The translations under genes were made by a program, and so were the position numbers. Below, one piece after another: positions 63,401 through 64,000 of a DNA stretch of 64,000 nt (position 1 is its first letter; the number at the start of each line of letters is the position of its first letter). Below the pieces are notes generated by a model that saw only the letters and a list, made by a program, of their open reading frames with translations, was not told the DNA's origin and did no database searches. The stretch comes from a virus. Location: IMG/VR virus record IMGVR_UViG_3300016476_001289. One strand, given 5' to 3'.

Positions 63401-64000
63401 CTGTGGTTACTACATTTAGTGCTAGTGGTGCAGGTACTTTAACTTCTGTTTCTACTATCCAAAGTCAAATTGACTCAGCATTTATTGATGCTGGTGTTGA
63501 TGCTTCAATTAACATTGAAGGTGCTGGTATTAGAATTGTATTAAATAATGCTGTTGTTGGAAGCTACTTAAAAGTCCTTAGTGGTAGTGCTAATGATATT
63601 CTTGGTACAGCTAATAATACTACTTCTACATCTAAATCAGTTACTGCTTCTCAAATTGTTAGTGCCTTGATGAATCACCAATCAGCTACTTTAAGTGATT
63701 TGTTATTTGGTGTTTCTCCAAGTGCTAATTACTTTGCTAGTGGTGCTGTTGCTTATGTACATACTTCACCAACCAATAAAAAGTATGTAGCATTTGAATC
63801 TTTAGGTGAAGGGGTTGCTTCTAGTCTTGAATTTACAGGTGGTAATGCTATTACTACTAAAGGTAATGGTTTAAAGATTGTAGTTGGTGATGGTGCTGTT
63901 GGTGAAGATGGTATTAATGGTTTCTATGTTACTTCTAACCACCCTAAAGGTTCAGGTACTGCTAATACATCTAAGTTTAATGATGGCATTGGTCAAGATG
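60457..64000 (+). CDS. tail sheath protein, 3'-truncated (>1180 aa)
   Basis: MAIRGGYAPPGVYTE...VPLLIGTG is the sheath N-terminal signature; AAGGAG SD; I saw no in-frame stop before the window end, which would explain its absence from the ORF track. Confidence 0.88.
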   Translation, partial: MAIRGGYAPPGVYTESIFQTTNPTTVVSGRVPLLIGTGKEVVNTISSTIVRGSSSTIDQQSVDENMSGRGVLSYDPSGNPIIGEFDGNTTQVQVQHFPIVDGTGTGVLATNGNSILATVNGTVTVVIGVNSSKGVITLAQTLQPTDVVLVSYYFKRTDTLVEEENVSSQVTTDSAELLGSQGTFAFNNATTSFIVTVDGTKYTIATPTVTTTRADDLATMVALINAGSAGSLVADTYTDNNNEDQIILTADVSIKIGNGSANSVLGFTVDQSTTRNVNFYTNFFPIVDGSNGGIPTTDVTDITVTVDGTEVVPTAVDGVNGYFTLSNPPATGAEVLVTYYYNSFRNQFDYLPGSGITSVDSVSLVADGSGGASSNYIEGIDWVLKDDKIYWGTVAVVSEGTTADGTIPFNQSQVTANLKDEKVYLAECTRVVDTSVVPARSLPSTFKLPYQPVDGTGTGTPTSRTDLVQVKVGWNISDALEKANATVVRVNPNDSTITLSSVVEEGQQVFATFYHSNLTDQTVDGNNQYVITNTLAGASNVGKYTVSVKGATKYGVSLGQKGASLDGIDLVFPSGSELYPDAHLIGGAPVNETVTVTFAESDSNSALYVSPGAEPYFPIATKSDEIALKVDDTALVGNVSLSNCTTAVGATGGLAQLVSQHLVYTNDSNNTTLDFTSGNNGLNLKIDNQEMNVNFTVANNKDVTDIVAALNSWSLDTNTLAAPKYIAMTKMSGGMAIVVNSYDTLSFQYVGDVNGATGALSITIPPAAYATASALASAIKTRIDNAIAAFVGGNADFTGLELNVSETSGHLVFTLLTLPNVGDGGTDDNYGYLEFISQGVATDDFATIAGIDTDTIDGTQTKFGFLPIASYSSATLNSGALVDHLILRNRLIPGNSYYLPTGEIGVRVISGTAMANLGLEPSFSPALYQGAVLEAPSIKLTIGWSEGQEVGESQAAITFYDGSNTSLSAANNVFIIDVSGTTVVTTFSASGAGTLTSVSTIQSQIDSAFIDAGVDASINIEGAGIRIVLNNAVVGSYLKVLSGSANDILGTANNTTSTSKSVTASQIVSALMNHQSATLSDLLFGVSPSANYFASGAVAYVHTSPTNKKYVAFESLGEGVASSLEFTGGNAITTKGNGLKIVVGDGAVGEDGINGFYVTSNHPKGSGTANTSKFNDGIGQD

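Noticed and set aside
1-64000. Stop-codon reassignment (code 15 or 4), as in some large phages
   Set aside because: Genes are long and tile densely under the standard code; TAG, TGA and TAA all end genes at sensible boundaries. The one break (40780) is explained by the A10 frame change.
1-64000. tRNA or rRNA genes
   Set aside because: Intergenic gaps are short and AT-rich; I saw no cloverleaf, T-loop GTTCRA in a tRNA context or rRNA signature. A tRNAscan-SE run would confirm.

Overview
This window is an AT-rich fragment of a large, jumbo-type dsDNA phage with a contractile tail. I saw no rRNA, tRNA, CRISPR array or cellular housekeeping operon. Left end (minus strand): replication genes, namely a stand-alone primase zinc-finger, a T5orf172/GIY-YIG ORF, a DnaB-like helicase, a degenerate DnaC-like loader and an SNF2 helicase carrying a 193-aa mini-intein. 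7.9-23.2 kb: tail tube, chaperones, tape measure, two paralogous baseplate proteins, a hub with an inserted CHAP domain and a spike. 24 kb: a separately encoded Toprim primase core. 25.9-56.5 kb: an accessory/late region of charged proteins and hydrolases (C39 papain-like, Ntn hydrolase, HExxH zincin, possible TraB/TIKI-fold protein, GGCT, SNase, HsdR_N), many sharing a terminal helical tag (L/A-I-K/R-x-A-Y-x-N-P) flanked by K/R-x-A sites. 56.8-64 kb: neck, tail terminator and a very large tail sheath that runs off the window. The most interesting candidates are (1) a tag-plus-cleavage system for loading and maturing virion cargo, including an Ntn hydrolase whose catalytic Cys sits directly behind KEA; (2) a repeated late-promoter motif embedded in hairpins that hide ribosome-binding sites; (3) an A10 run joining the Ntn hydrolase to a SWIM finger; (4) a split primase with an apparently ATPase-dead loader; (5) a repeat-rich candidate origin. 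All functional assignments come from motif recognition by eye; no database searches were run.
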